The notes: generated by a model from the sequence alone, not told the origin. DNA of 43,585 nt from Bacteroidota bacterium (GCA_041175285.1 JBEDFG010000006.1:1-43585), one strand, 5' to 3'; counted from the first letter of the stretch, positions 27,959 to 38,901 are shown. Program-made: numbers and translations.

Positions 27959-29764
27959 ATGGAAAATTTTATCGTTTCAGCCAGAAAATACAGACCCACC
28001 CAGTTCGACTCGGTGGTTGGCCAAAGCCACATTACTACCACCCTAAAAAATGCGATTAAGTCAAATCATTTGGCACAAGCATTTTTATTCTGTGGTCCCC
28101 GTGGTGTAGGAAAAACAACCTGCGCGCGTATTTTGGCAAAAACGATTAATTGTGAAAACATAGGAACCGACGGCGAGGCTTGTGGAACCTGTCCATCATG
28201 TACTTCATTCCAGGAAAACACCTCCTTAACCATACATGAATTAGATGCTGCGTCAAATAATTCGGTTGAAGATATCCGTAACCTCATTGATCAGGTTCGC
28301 TATCCTCCGCAACGTGGGCGCTACAAGATCTATATCATTGATGAGGTGCACATGTTGTCTTCCGCAGCATTTAACGCATTTCTAAAAACATTAGAGGAAC
28401 CTCCTTCCTATGCTATCTTTATTTTAGCGACGACGGAGAAACATAAAATTTTGCCTACTATCCTATCTCGTTGTCAAATATTTGACTTTAATCGAATTCA
28501 ATGGAAAGATATGGCGAGCCATTTGGCATCCATTGCTGCCAAAGAGAATATTCAAGCGGAACCAGCGGCGTTGGAATTAATTTCCATCAAAGCAGATGGC
28601 GGATTACGTGACGCGTTATCCATGTTCGACTTAAATGTCACTTTTTCAACCGACAATGCCTTACGTCATAAGGACGTATTGGAGAATTTGCACATTCTCG
28701 ATAGCGATTATTATTTGCAAATTACGGACCACATGACGACTCAGAATCATGTAGGAGCCTTAGTTTTGCTGGATGAAATCATGCGAAAGGGATTTGATGG
28801 CCAGCAATTCATTTCTGGATTTATGGAGCATTTGCGGAATTTACTTTTCGCCAAAGACCCTCAAACACTCGCATTAATGGAGATCAGCGATGAATCTCGT
28901 GCGAAATTTAAGCAACAAGCAGAAAAGACAAGTACCTCGTTTCTATTGTCCGCCATGAACATTTGCTCTCAATGTGAGACCAATTACAAATCGGCCAAAA
29001 ACCCTAGATTACACCTTGAACTTTGCCTACTGAAGATCAATTATTTGCCTTCGGTATTCCAACCTGCGACGGAGGGCGGTGGTGGAAAAAAGGCTGAGCC
29101 CCAGGCGAAAGCCGCTGGGGCCAAAACAACTGACCAAGCCCCTGCACCTACTGAAACGCCTAAAACACCTGTTTTTGATCCGACACCCCCTGTGGTAGTT
29201 GCGGTAAACGAAAAAACGGAGACACCTCCTGTGGAAACGCCGGTGCCTCAAGCTACTGCTCCCACACCAGTTGAGCCAACAAAGCCTAGCATGGGTTCTG
29301 GATTACGTTCCGCGAAAAAGGTCGTAGACACAAAAAGCAACGAGCCTAGCGCTGAGGATTTATCAGCCCTAACGAACGACCCTACTAAAAACCAAGTATT
29401 TACACTCGAAGCATTAATGAGTGTATGGAAACAGATCGCATCTGAATTCCAGGAAGCGAATTTGATCAATAAGTTTGTTATGATGAACCGTCCCATCGAA
29501 CTTGTCGATACGGTCATACATATGAAAGTGGAGAATGAAGTACAAGTTCAACAGTTCAATGAAAATGTACGTCTGGAGGTATTGGGAAAAATACGTGAGC
29601 GACTTCAAAATTACAGCATCGACATTGCTCTAGATGTGACAGCTACGGAAAAGAGCGACAAGAAAATGTTGTATACACAATCAGATAAATACGAGTTCCT
29701 CGTTCAAAAACACCCTATTTTGGGCGAAATGAAGCAGAAACTAGGCCTAGATCACGAATATTAG
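27959..29764 (+). CDS. dnaX: DNA polymerase III subunit tau/gamma
   Basis: ARKYRP, GPRGVGKTT, Cys zinc module, ELDAAS, IIDEVHML, LKTLEEPP, SRC; Pro/Thr-rich linker after residue ~380. Confidence 0.95.
   Translation: MENFIVSARKYRPTQFDSVVGQSHITTTLKNAIKSNHLAQAFLFCGPRGVGKTTCARILAKTINCENIGTDGEACGTCPSCTSFQENTSLTIHELDAASNNSVEDIRNLIDQVRYPPQRGRYKIYIIDEVHMLSSAAFNAFLKTLEEPPSYAIFILATTEKHKILPTILSRCQIFDFNRIQWKDMASHLASIAAKENIQAEPAALELISIKADGGLRDALSMFDLNVTFSTDNALRHKDVLENLHILDSDYYLQITDHMTTQNHVGALVLLDEIMRKGFDGQQFISGFMEHLRNLLFAKDPQTLALMEISDESRAKFKQQAEKTSTSFLLSAMNICSQCETNYKSAKNPRLHLELCLLKINYLPSVFQPATEGGGGKKAEPQAKAAGAKTTDQAPAPTETPKTPVFDPTPPVVVAVNEKTETPPVETPVPQATAPTPVEPTKPSMGSGLRSAKKVVDTKSNEPSAEDLSALTNDPTKNQVFTLEALMSVWKQIASEFQEANLINKFVMMNRPIELVDTVIHMKVENEVQVQQFNENVRLEVLGKIRERLQNYSIDIALDVTATEKSDKKMLYTQSDKYEFLVQKHPILGEMKQKLGLDHEY
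29071..29121 (+). promoter_or_regulatory. Putative -1 programmed ribosomal frameshift signal in dnaX
   Basis: GGAGG at 29071-29075, in-phase A AAA AAG at 29086-29092, -1 frame stop TGA at 29095-29097, GC-rich hairpin at 29098-29121. Confidence 0.8.
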
Positions 29765-29765
29765 C

Positions 29766-31025
29766 CTATCGGATTTGTCCAGTTCCTTTTAGTACCCATT
29801 TTTCGGTGACTAATTTTTCCAGTGCAAATGGTCCGCGAGCATGTAGTTTCTGAGTAGATATACCTATTTCAGCGCCTAAATCAAAAACGCCACCATCTGT
29901 AAATCGAGTTGAGGCATTCCAATAAACTGCTGCCGCATCCACAGATTGTAAATACAATTCAGCTTCTTCAGGATCTGAACTAACAATGGCTTCCGAATGC
30001 CGCGACGAATACGTATCAATGTGATTTAATGCTTCTGCAAGATCTTGAACGACTTTAACTGAACAAGCAAAATCGAGGAATTCCCGTCCAAAATCAGCTT
30101 CAACAGCATGCTCGAGCGAAGGATACGAAACAGCCTGCAAATGACCAAAGGCCAGCTCATCCGCAAAAATCTTCACGCGATATTCGGCCAGCGCAGGAGC
30201 CAATAATTTCAAAAATTTCTGAGCAATCGCTTGATGAACGACAACCGTATCCAATGAATTACAAACGGATGGTCGCGTTACTTTGGCATTAACAACTATC
30301 TGAACAGCCATCTCCAAATCAGCCGATTCCGCCACATACGTGTGGCAAACACCCGCGCCTGTTTCGATCGTTGGCACCAAAGATTCTTTCCGAACCCGTT
30401 GGATTAACGCATCTGAACCTCGTGGAATAATCACATCCACATAACTAACCGCGGTAAGCAATGTCGACACATGCGCACGATCCGTCGGCAATAGGCGTAT
30501 GATATCCGTTGACAATCCTGCTTGCTCCAACGACGCATGAATCAAGGAAACAAGGATCGAATTCGTATGCCAGGCATCTGTTCCACCACGTAATACCGCC
30601 GCATTTCCTGACCGAATACATAAAGCTGCCACATCAATTGTCACGTTGGGGCGTGATTCGTAAATAACACCAACAACACCTAATGGGACTGATTTTTTCT
30701 GTAAATGTAGACCATTGGCTAAGATTTTATCAAGCAAGATCTGCCCTGACGGATTAGGCAATTTGGCCACATCGTGCAGGCTGGCAGCTAAATCTAAGAT
30801 CCGTTGTTTCGTTAAAAGCAAACGATCGCGCATTGGGTTTTGAGGATCATAAGCCGCTAGATCCTTTCCATTTTCAATTAATATATCATCTACATGAGCT
30901 ATAAGCCGAGCAGCTAGATCGGCAAGGATGGCCAACTTTACCTCGTCACTAGATAAGGCAAGCGGAGCGGCAGATTTGCGCGTAGAAGCTAATAAAGGGG
31001 TAATATCGGTTAATGATGTCGACAT
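29766..31025 (-). CDS. proA: Glutamate-5-semialdehyde dehydrogenase
   Basis: PLGVVGVIYESRPNVT, IPRGS, CNSLDT, NASTRFTDGG, GISTQKLHARGP. Confidence 0.95.
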   Translation of the reverse strand: MSTSLTDITPLLASTRKSAAPLALSSDEVKLAILADLAARLIAHVDDILIENGKDLAAYDPQNPMRDRLLLTKQRILDLAASLHDVAKLPNPSGQILLDKILANGLHLQKKSVPLGVVGVIYESRPNVTIDVAALCIRSGNAAVLRGGTDAWHTNSILVSLIHASLEQAGLSTDIIRLLPTDRAHVSTLLTAVSYVDVIIPRGSDALIQRVRKESLVPTIETGAGVCHTYVAESADLEMAVQIVVNAKVTRPSVCNSLDTVVVHQAIAQKFLKLLAPALAEYRVKIFADELAFGHLQAVSYPSLEHAVEADFGREFLDFACSVKVVQDLAEALNHIDTYSSRHSEAIVSSDPEEAELYLQSVDAAAVYWNASTRFTDGGVFDLGAEIGISTQKLHARGPFALEKLVTEKWVLKGTGQIR

Positions 31026-31031
31026 AATTAC

Positions 31032-34000
31032 TTAAAAATCGTGACCCAAGGTCACATAGGTAGTTGGGGATTTGATTTCGTTTGTTTCCATGCCATAAGC
31101 ATAATCAACCTTGACAAAGTAACCAAACAGATTGGCCCGTGCACCTAGCCCAAATCCAAAAAGAAATGGATTACGGAAATCGGTGACCGTCGCTTGAAAT
31201 GGATTTGTTCCTCCACCTAAGACATTGGTATTAAATCCGTTTGTCCGACTGAAAGGATTTGCACCTGTCCAAGCAGAACCAATATCTGTGAACCCAACCA
31301 GTTGTAGTGAGTTCATGAAATTTGATTTATTTGATTCTAAATTAATCAAATGTTTGACGGGCATTCGTAATTCAAGATTGACCAATAAATGACTATTGCC
31401 TGCCAATTTATTCATCTTAAACCCTCGTAATGAAGTGGCAAAATCACTCATAAAAATATCACGATCGGCAGGGCCAGAAACACCTAAGGGATTTTCTTTA
31501 TTTCGAACTTCTCGATCAATAAATAGCCAATTATCCATGCCACCCAACATTGTTTGACGGGCTGCAGCACCGAAGGCGTGTGAGGCAGAGATGCGTCCGG
31601 CCAACAAGAAACTATTGGTCAAACGAACATATTTACGCATGTCCAATCGAATTCGAGAGAAACTCTTCGATGTCCGAAGGGCTTGTTGGTGCTCCACCGT
31701 CGCCAAGATTCGCGAACCAATAGGCAAATTATCTTCCCAATGAACTGTGTTATCCAACGTATAATTGAGAGATGTTCCAGCATAAGTTGACAAATCTTCA
31801 GGCACAGACAAATTAAATTGGTCGATCGAACGGTTTGACGTAAACATACCTGACCAGGTAATTTTACTTGTCAAATTGATGGGATAAATACCACTCAAAG
31901 ACGCCCGATTGTAGCGGATTTTATTTAGAAAAGCATCTGTTTCTTGTCCATAGACTTTACGATCCGCACGAAATACCCAATCCACCTTGTTAGGTAAATA
32001 GGAATACTCCGCCCACAAATCAGAATTCTTGAAACTGGCATTTAGAAATATACCAGTCTTGATTAAATGATTCTCCATCAAATCATTCATTTTCACCTCA
32101 AAAGCATATCCAATTCCGCGAATAGGATCGATCTTAAAATTACCCTCAGAGCCATTCACAACAAATGAATTTTGATAGGCGTAAGGACCCGTTAATTTGG
32201 CTGTTTCTTTGCGTGAGCGCAATAATTGCTGACGTTCTAACCTACTTCTTTTCGCTTTTTCTCGCGTATCTAGACTATCTCGTCTAGGTTCCACTGAAAT
32301 ATCCGAAAGCAATGAAGCTGAACTATCAGCCAGCATTGGGTACCATTGATAAGCGGGTAAATCTAAAATTGTTTGGGCTGAAACGCGCTGAATGCGCTCT
32401 TCCAACAAGTCTCGATCCTGATAATATATTTTATCACCTGACCAGTGAAAAGCTGACCAAGTTCCAGATCGAACCCGATTTTGCATTAGTTTTCCTTGAC
32501 TTAGATCCAATGAAACAAGTTCCTCTCCACTAGGCTGTTCATGCAAAAAGTAAATTAACGAATCAGACTTCACTTGAAAGGAATGGATCTTCCCGGTATG
32601 TGTGAGCAATATGCGTGGATTACTCGGTTCCTCAGCACGCCATTGCATTAACACCGAAAGACCCTTGGTCTTTATCAATTTCTGTGTTGAGTCCACGTAA
32701 TGATCTGTCAAATAAATTACGTCACCTTGCTTATTAAACCAATGTGCCTCGAGTTCATCCTGCGCATTTTGGGTGATTGGCGTGAATTTATTTCGTCTGA
32801 AATCATAAATACCAACATCCATTTGACCGTTTCGGAGTGCACGAACTAACATCCGCTGGCCACTTTCATGCATCTCAAAATCAGTAAATATCCAATCTTT
32901 CAGATCCGTTTTAGTCGTTAATTTCGCAGACATATTGACGATCGGCGCGTATTGATTTAGCCAGGACCTACCGTCTTTCGAATATAAGATGGCTAACGAA
33001 TTTTTGGCAGACCAATGCATTCGAGGTGCTTGATTAATCGATCCACGCAATGGATCTTTTAATCCAGTCTGGAATAAAAAGAATCGTTTTTTTGTAGTCA
33101 GATTTTGAATCATAACGCGGTACAGACCCGCATCCTCCAGGGCATAAGCCATCCACTTTCCGTCCGGACTAATTCGAAATTCAGCAATGTGCTCGCTAGC
33201 CATTCGGTCGCGCGTAATTAGATTTTCTGCACCTGAAAAAGCATTCGAGTTCACGTCAAATTGCTTCGATTCGGATAAATAATAGTTAAACCAATCCTTT
33301 AAAAACCGAGAAATTGGGATGCGTAACGTACTTGCAATACTTGATTGGTCATTGCGAATAATACGCGTTAAATTTAAAATATTACCGATAGGCTGGATTC
33401 CCTGCGTTTTGGCAATGTAAGCCCAAATCGACTGACCAATCAGCTCGGCTTCTTTTCCTCGTGCCAAAGCCGGCTTCCGAACTTTATTCGCCGCCACTAC
33501 TTGATACATATATTGATTCATCTCAGGGGAATCTCCATGCGCAACGTAAGCCACAATTCCAGCTGAAAACCATTCGGGAACTGTCAACAACAATGAACTC
33601 TGTAACGCGTCTTTGATACTACCCCCAAACAAAATATCATGTACATAAATACGGGCAAGCTCCTCAACTAATCGCTTATGTAAGTCGGCGATATTCGACT
33701 GAAAGGCAATCTCAATCTTAAACTTATCTTGATTTTCCTCCTGAGCTTCTTTGGCATTTTGAAAACTAATGCCACTATTCGACTCTACTAAATCTGCTGG
33801 AGAAGGGTATAAAAATATCTTAGCCTTTTGATAAGGAGTATAACCTAAAATACGCCCGATGCGCGGTAATTCGCTATCCAAAAATTGAATCGTAGAACGC
33901 GCTAGCGCCTCTTGTTTGCCGTAATAATAAACTTCAAAATTTTGATCGGTTATATAGGACCAACGAATACGCTTATGTTGAATACGCGTTTTATCCCAAT

Positions 34001-34091
34001 CTCGCTGACTTGGATAAAAATCCTGCGCCTGCATTTCATGCATAGTAAGCAGACAGGCGCCAAACAAGAACAGATTTCGAAAAAACCGCAT
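31032..34091 (-). CDS. Large outer-membrane protein: degenerate peptidase-like domain, TolB/PD40 propeller and Omp85-like barrel
   Basis: Signal peptide ending QA|Q, PEWF segment, ISPDGKWMAY propeller motif, LRGF motif, alternating beta-strands and C-terminal Phe (LGHDF). Confidence 0.65.
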   Translation of the reverse strand: MRFFRNLFLFGACLLTMHEMQAQDFYPSQRDWDKTRIQHKRIRWSYITDQNFEVYYYGKQEALARSTIQFLDSELPRIGRILGYTPYQKAKIFLYPSPADLVESNSGISFQNAKEAQEENQDKFKIEIAFQSNIADLHKRLVEELARIYVHDILFGGSIKDALQSSLLLTVPEWFSAGIVAYVAHGDSPEMNQYMYQVVAANKVRKPALARGKEAELIGQSIWAYIAKTQGIQPIGNILNLTRIIRNDQSSIASTLRIPISRFLKDWFNYYLSESKQFDVNSNAFSGAENLITRDRMASEHIAEFRISPDGKWMAYALEDAGLYRVMIQNLTTKKRFFLFQTGLKDPLRGSINQAPRMHWSAKNSLAILYSKDGRSWLNQYAPIVNMSAKLTTKTDLKDWIFTDFEMHESGQRMLVRALRNGQMDVGIYDFRRNKFTPITQNAQDELEAHWFNKQGDVIYLTDHYVDSTQKLIKTKGLSVLMQWRAEEPSNPRILLTHTGKIHSFQVKSDSLIYFLHEQPSGEELVSLDLSQGKLMQNRVRSGTWSAFHWSGDKIYYQDRDLLEERIQRVSAQTILDLPAYQWYPMLADSSASLLSDISVEPRRDSLDTREKAKRSRLERQQLLRSRKETAKLTGPYAYQNSFVVNGSEGNFKIDPIRGIGYAFEVKMNDLMENHLIKTGIFLNASFKNSDLWAEYSYLPNKVDWVFRADRKVYGQETDAFLNKIRYNRASLSGIYPINLTSKITWSGMFTSNRSIDQFNLSVPEDLSTYAGTSLNYTLDNTVHWEDNLPIGSRILATVEHQQALRTSKSFSRIRLDMRKYVRLTNSFLLAGRISASHAFGAAARQTMLGGMDNWLFIDREVRNKENPLGVSGPADRDIFMSDFATSLRGFKMNKLAGNSHLLVNLELRMPVKHLINLESNKSNFMNSLQLVGFTDIGSAWTGANPFSRTNGFNTNVLGGGTNPFQATVTDFRNPFLFGFGLGARANLFGYFVKVDYAYGMETNEIKSPTTYVTLGHDF

Positions 34092-34107
34092 CCTCAAATG
34101 TAAGGAT

Positions 34108-35094
34108 TTATAGTGAAAATAAATGCGCAAATCGACGAATTGACACCTCAAAAGGTAGTTCTTTTAAGCCTTGTATTTCATGCACAAAAGCAAGGGCGAA
34201 ATAGGGCGTTAACGAAACCCCTTTGGAACCAAATCCATTGAAAATTCCGTAAGGTAAATGAGGATGCATTCCGATAAATGGTCGACGGTCCTGCGTGGCT
34301 GGCCGTACACCCACACGCGTTTCCACATAGGAATAAGAATCCACTCCCATTGAATTCAATTTTCCTAAAAGTTCCACTTGGGCGTCCGCTGTCTCTGAAT
34401 TTGAAAACTCATCCCAGCGATAGGTTGCCCCTACTTTAAATTGATTCCCAGCTAATGGCAGAATGAAACCATTTTTACTTAAAATATAATCAGTCGATGG
34501 CTGTTCCGATTCAAAAAGCATCAATTCCCCTTTAGCGGGTAAAAAGGGCAATTTTGCCCACAGTGGATTTTGCTGACCATGAAAGCCCTCACAAAAAATC
34601 ACCCGTTCAAACTTATCGGACTCCGAATATGCTCGTTCTTGAAATATCGCTAAATCTTGAAAATACGTACGCGAAACACGCACGAGTTCAGACACATCGA
34701 CCCATCCCGCCTCTTTAACCCATACACCCTCATCCGTCCACACTAAATAATCATGGTCAATTTGAGACCTTCTATCTTCCAGCCAGGTACGCATTTCAGC
34801 ATTGGCGAAGGGCCGAAATAAAGGCATTGGATGGAAAAAAGATGCTTGTAATGTTTCCTCGAGATTTTTGTAAAAATTCGGCAAGTAGCTGAACAGATCT
34901 TCTGCAAGCCATGTCTTTTCTAATTTTCGACCCGTGACCGGATTGTAAATTCCACCCGCAGCTTGAGAAGAATTAAAAAAGTCAGAAGGCGCATCCCAAA
35001 TCTCAAAGGGAATCTGAGCCGCTAAAAAGTGATGTGCTAGGATGGTGCCGGCTAAACCTTGGCCAACGATCAAAAAGGGTTTATTTTTTTCCAC
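34108..35094 (-). CDS. FAD-dependent oxidoreductase (DAO/MnmC C-terminal-like)
   Basis: IVGQGLAG, AKGE, GVRPATQDRRP, NGFGSKG. Probable GTG start at 35094. Confidence 0.85.
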   Translation of the reverse strand: MEKNKPFLIVGQGLAGTILAHHFLAAQIPFEIWDAPSDFFNSSQAAGGIYNPVTGRKLEKTWLAEDLFSYLPNFYKNLEETLQASFFHPMPLFRPFANAEMRTWLEDRRSQIDHDYLVWTDEGVWVKEAGWVDVSELVRVSRTYFQDLAIFQERAYSESDKFERVIFCEGFHGQQNPLWAKLPFLPAKGELMLFESEQPSTDYILSKNGFILPLAGNQFKVGATYRWDEFSNSETADAQVELLGKLNSMGVDSYSYVETRVGVRPATQDRRPFIGMHPHLPYGIFNGFGSKGVSLTPYFALAFVHEIQGLKELPFEVSIRRFAHLFSL

Positions 35095-35767
35095 CTTGAA
35101 CCCGACGTACATGATCTAAAACAAAGTCGACCTGTTCATCCATGCTACGAAATGACGTATCTAAATCAATCGCATCGTCAGCTCGTTTCAGCGGACCTTC
35201 AGCCCGGTTTGAATCAATTTCATCTCGCATGCGCAAGTTTTCAACGATTTCCTCCAAAGGCAAATCTTCGCCTTTCTGCATAAGCTCGAGCTTACGGCGC
35301 TGGGCACGAATATTAGGCTGAGCTGTCATAAAAATTTTCAATTCTGCCTGTGGAAACACGACCGTACCGATGTCCCGGCCATCCATCACAATCCCTTTCT
35401 TCTCCCCCATTTTTTGTTGCTGAGCGACCATTGCATGACGAACCTCTGGAATCGCAGCTACTTGGCTCACGATCTCTGAAATAAACATTTTCCGAATCTC
35501 CTGCTCCACATTTTCACCATTCAAAATGGTATCAGAGGCTTGTCGGCCTACATTAAACTCAAACGTAATCTCAATATGTTTTAAGGCGTAAGCTACGGCT
35601 GCCGGATCCTTCACATCAACTTCATGCCGATGAAAATAAAGGGCAACCGCACGATACATAGCACCGGTATCGATAAATGCATAATGCAATTTGGCAGCTA
35701 CACGTTTAGCAGTTGTACTTTTACCGCAAGAAGAAAAGCCATCTAAGGCTACGATGATTTTGGACAT
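35081..35767 (-). CDS. cmk: Cytidylate kinase
   Basis: DGFSSCGKST, DTGAMYR, MDGRDIGTVVFP. Confidence 0.95.
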   Translation of the reverse strand: MSKIIVALDGFSSCGKSTTAKRVAAKLHYAFIDTGAMYRAVALYFHRHEVDVKDPAAVAYALKHIEITFEFNVGRQASDTILNGENVEQEIRKMFISEIVSQVAAIPEVRHAMVAQQQKMGEKKGIVMDGRDIGTVVFPQAELKIFMTAQPNIRAQRRKLELMQKGEDLPLEEIVENLRMRDEIDSNRAEGPLKRADDAIDLDTSFRSMDEQVDFVLDHVRRVQGGKK

Positions 35768-36471
35768 TAGTCGGCAATAAAGGATTGAATCGCGTCATAG
35801 CAAGCCTGAGGTGCTTCATAAACCCCTTGGTGACCTACTTCTGGCAAAATTACACATTTATGATGTGCTTTTATAGCTAAAATGCTTTCCGTACTTATGA
35901 GTGGATCGGCATCTCCATGGATAAATAAAAACGGTATGGATGTTTCGGACAAAAATGTGGTCAAATCTGCTCGGTCACGCATGGCTTGTGTCGCGGCGAT
36001 GAGGCCCTCTGCCGACAAATTCTGGTAGCGCTCAATTAATTTATCCATCAAATCACGATTATTCTGCACAAAATGAGGAGCAAACAAATTAGCTACAAAC
36101 GACTTTATAAAAACCGAAGCGCCATGTTTCTGTAAAAATTCAACGGTCCGATCTCGATTAATTCGCTTCTCTGCCGTATCTGGGAGAGCGGTGGAATGCA
36201 ATAAAATAACCTTTTCAATTCGCTCCGGAAATAGGTTCGCCATTTCAAGGGCAATATATCCACCCATGGAATGGCCAACCAGCGTAAATTTTCCTTCTTG
36301 TGGTAATGAAAAAAGAATTTCTCTTGCGTAATCTGCGATCGATTTAGCAGAAGTCCAGTGCGCAAAAGAAGGAACGATTGGTGCTTGAGACCACGTAAAT
36401 TCAGGCATAAAATCATCCCAAATACGTGCATCTTCCCCAAAACCATGCAAGAAAACGAGTTGGCCAGCCAT
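35767..36471 (-). CDS. Alpha/beta-fold hydrolase
   Basis: FLHGF, nucleophile GHSMGG, GDAD, GH. Confidence 0.9.
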   Translation of the reverse strand: MAGQLVFLHGFGEDARIWDDFMPEFTWSQAPIVPSFAHWTSAKSIADYAREILFSLPQEGKFTLVGHSMGGYIALEMANLFPERIEKVILLHSTALPDTAEKRINRDRTVEFLQKHGASVFIKSFVANLFAPHFVQNNRDLMDKLIERYQNLSAEGLIAATQAMRDRADLTTFLSETSIPFLFIHGDADPLISTESILAIKAHHKCVILPEVGHQGVYEAPQACYDAIQSFIAD

Positions 36472-36475
36472 GAAC

Positions 36476-36838
36476 CTAAAACGTATGCAATAAACCGATA
36501 ATGGTAAAAGCTAAGCCAATTAAAGCGGCGATTCCGCCAACGGTGCTAATGCCCACAATACTTAAAACAGCGCCTATACCTAGTAAAAATAAGCCAATTT
36601 TTAATTTGGAATCCATCCGTTGCACCTCATCGCGCACATCGGCTTTGATAACTTTGCGCGCTTGTTTGATTTCTTTCTTAAGCTGTGAAATTCGCTTCAC
36701 ATGTCTTACTTCTTGAACCGTCGGAACAGGAGGCGCCGTTACTTCGGGAGTTGCTACTTGCAAAGCACCCGTAGGCTGGTTTTCTGAAACAAATGAACTA
36801 GAGATGGCTAAAATAGCCAAAAGAATAAAGGCTTTCAT
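36476..36838 (-). CDS. Hypothetical membrane protein (signal peptide plus C-terminal TM hairpin)
   Basis: Hydrophobic N-terminus, basic helical middle, two Gly-rich TM segments; co-oriented within the clpX operon. Confidence 0.7.
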   Translation of the reverse strand: MKAFILLAILAISSSFVSENQPTGALQVATPEVTAPPVPTVQEVRHVKRISQLKKEIKQARKVIKADVRDEVQRMDSKLKIGLFLLGIGAVLSIVGISTVGGIAALIGLAFTIIGLLHTF

Positions 36839-36843
36839 AGTAT

Positions 36844-38085
36844 TTAAGCGACAACTTTCATTTGATGAAAAACGGTACGTTCAAATTTCGATTTGGCATA
36901 GGCTAAATCGACTTTAAAATCCTTCAAATCAGTTTGAGATGGGATTTCAAACATGGCATCAGTCATGATGGCTTCCATGATGGACCGCAATCCGCGCGCA
37001 CCTAATTTGTATTGCATCGCCTGCTCTACAATATATTGCAACGCATCTTTTGAGAAAGATAAAGACACATTTTCCATGTCAAAAAGCTTCTCATATTGCT
37101 TAACAAGTGCATTTCTAGGTTCCGTCAAGATAGAAAGAAGAGCCTTTGCATCCAACGGGTTCAAGAACGTTACGACAGGCAAACGACCTAATAGTTCTGG
37201 AATCAATCCGAACGATTTTAAATCTTGCGCAGAAACATACTTCATAATTTGATCCTTCTCAAACGATTCATGGAATGTATCGTCTCCAGAAAAACCGATT
37301 GGACGAGAATTCAATCGTTTGGCAATGTGGCGATCAATACCATCAAAAGCTCCACCGCAGATAAACAGAATATTTTCTGTATTCACGGCAATCATCTTTT
37401 GATCTGGATGTTTACGTCCACCTTGTGGTGGCACATTGACAATCGAACCTTCCAATAATTTCAATAAGGCTTGTTGGACCCCCTCGCCTGACACATCGCG
37501 TGTGATGGAAGGATTGTCCGACTTCCGAGCGATCTTATCAATCTCGTCAATAAACACAATGCCACATTCGGCTTTTTCTACATCGTAATTTGCTGCTTGC
37601 AAGAGACGTGTTAAAATTGTTTCCACATCTTCTCCTACATAACCCGCCTCCGTAATGACAGTCGCATCGGCAATACAAAAAGGTACTTGTAATTTCTGAG
37701 CTAGCGTTCGAGCCAAATAGGTCTTTCCTGTTCCGGTTTCACCTACCATCAAGATATTTGACTTCTCGATTTTCACATCATCTGCAGCAGGTGTCTGCAT
37801 CAGACGTTTGTAATGGTTGTATACGGCTACCGACAAATGGCGTTTTGCTTCCTCTTGCCCGATCACGTATTCATCCAAATAAGCTTTCAAATCCTTGGGT
37901 TTCACCAATTCGAACTGTTGGTTCCCTGGTTTATGCGCCTTCGCAGCCGCCCCAATTTCGTCTTTGATTACTTCGTATCCTTGTTGTAAACAGGTATCAC
38001 AGATGTGGCCATCGATTCCCGAAAGAAGAATGCCCACCTCATTTTTTGCCCGTCCACAAAAGGAACAACTTGCTTTCTTAGCCAT
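36844..38085 (-). CDS. clpX: ATP-dependent Clp protease ATP-binding subunit
   Basis: CSFCG zinc finger, [33 protein letters not shown] loop. Confidence 0.97.
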   Translation of the reverse strand: MAKKASCSFCGRAKNEVGILLSGIDGHICDTCLQQGYEVIKDEIGAAAKAHKPGNQQFELVKPKDLKAYLDEYVIGQEEAKRHLSVAVYNHYKRLMQTPAADDVKIEKSNILMVGETGTGKTYLARTLAQKLQVPFCIADATVITEAGYVGEDVETILTRLLQAANYDVEKAECGIVFIDEIDKIARKSDNPSITRDVSGEGVQQALLKLLEGSIVNVPPQGGRKHPDQKMIAVNTENILFICGGAFDGIDRHIAKRLNSRPIGFSGDDTFHESFEKDQIMKYVSAQDLKSFGLIPELLGRLPVVTFLNPLDAKALLSILTEPRNALVKQYEKLFDMENVSLSFSKDALQYIVEQAMQYKLGARGLRSIMEAIMTDAMFEIPSQTDLKDFKVDLAYAKSKFERTVFHQMKVVA

Positions 38086-38091
38086 CTTTAT

Positions 38092-38799
38092 TTACACAGT
38101 ACGCGTTAAAATCTCGTCAATTAAGCCATATTCCTTGGCCTCAGCTGCCTTCATCCAGTAGTCACGATCCGAGTCGCGCTCGATTTCCTCAAATGATTTA
38201 CCCGAATGCTTAGCTAATATGTCGTACAATTCTTGACGAATTTTCACGATTTCACGAGCAGTGATTTCGATATCGCGAGATTGACCTTGTGCGCCACCTG
38301 ACGGTTGGTGAATCATCACACGTGCATGCTCTAAAGCAGAACGTTTTCCAGCAGCTCCACCTGCCAATAAAACAGCACCCATTGATGCCGCTAAGGAAGT
38401 ACAAACAGTCGCTACTTCAGGACGGATGTAATTCATGGTATCGTAAATACCTAAACCTGCGTAAACAGATCCGCCTGGGCTATTAATGTACATAACAATG
38501 TCTTTTTTGGCATCCGTAGATTCCATGAATAACAATTGTGCGACGATGATATTGGCCATATAATCATCTACGGGTACGCCCATAAAAATGATACGGTCCA
38601 TGATTAAACGAGAAAATACATCGATTTGAGCGAAACGCATGGGGCGCTCCTCAATGATGTATTGCGTCATATCATCAATTTGGTGCATCGGTCGGCTACC
38701 GATACTATTCATATATTGATCAACTGCCAAACCGTTTAAGCCACGGTGATGAACAGCATATTTACGAAACTCTTCGCCAGTCAATTCTTTTGGGTGCAT
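38092..38799 (-). CDS. clpP: ATP-dependent Clp protease proteolytic subunit
   Basis: YINSPGG, AASMG, MIHQP, DRD. TAATTTTG -7 box at 38819-38826. Confidence 0.97.
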   Translation of the reverse strand: MHPKELTGEEFRKYAVHHRGLNGLAVDQYMNSIGSRPMHQIDDMTQYIIEERPMRFAQIDVFSRLIMDRIIFMGVPVDDYMANIIVAQLLFMESTDAKKDIVMYINSPGGSVYAGLGIYDTMNYIRPEVATVCTSLAASMGAVLLAGGAAGKRSALEHARVMIHQPSGGAQGQSRDIEITAREIVKIRQELYDILAKHSGKSFEEIERDSDRDYWMKAAEAKEYGLIDEILTRTV

Positions 38800-38876
38800 A
38801 TCTGGATAGTTTTAAAATCAAAATTAAAATATTTTCACGTGTAAAGCTAAACACAAAAAACGTTAATCTTGTTCAC

Positions 38877-38901
38877 AGAAAACCCCGCAAAAAACGGGGT
38901 T
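38877..38901 (-). terminator. Intrinsic terminator-like hairpin after tig
   Basis: AACCCCG-N7-CGGGGTT hairpin with a short T tail on the minus strand. Confidence 0.55.

Noticed and set aside
29120-29300. Repeat-like CCT/ACA-rich DNA
   Set aside because: Explained by the Pro/Thr-rich linker of DnaX tau; no regular repeat unit.
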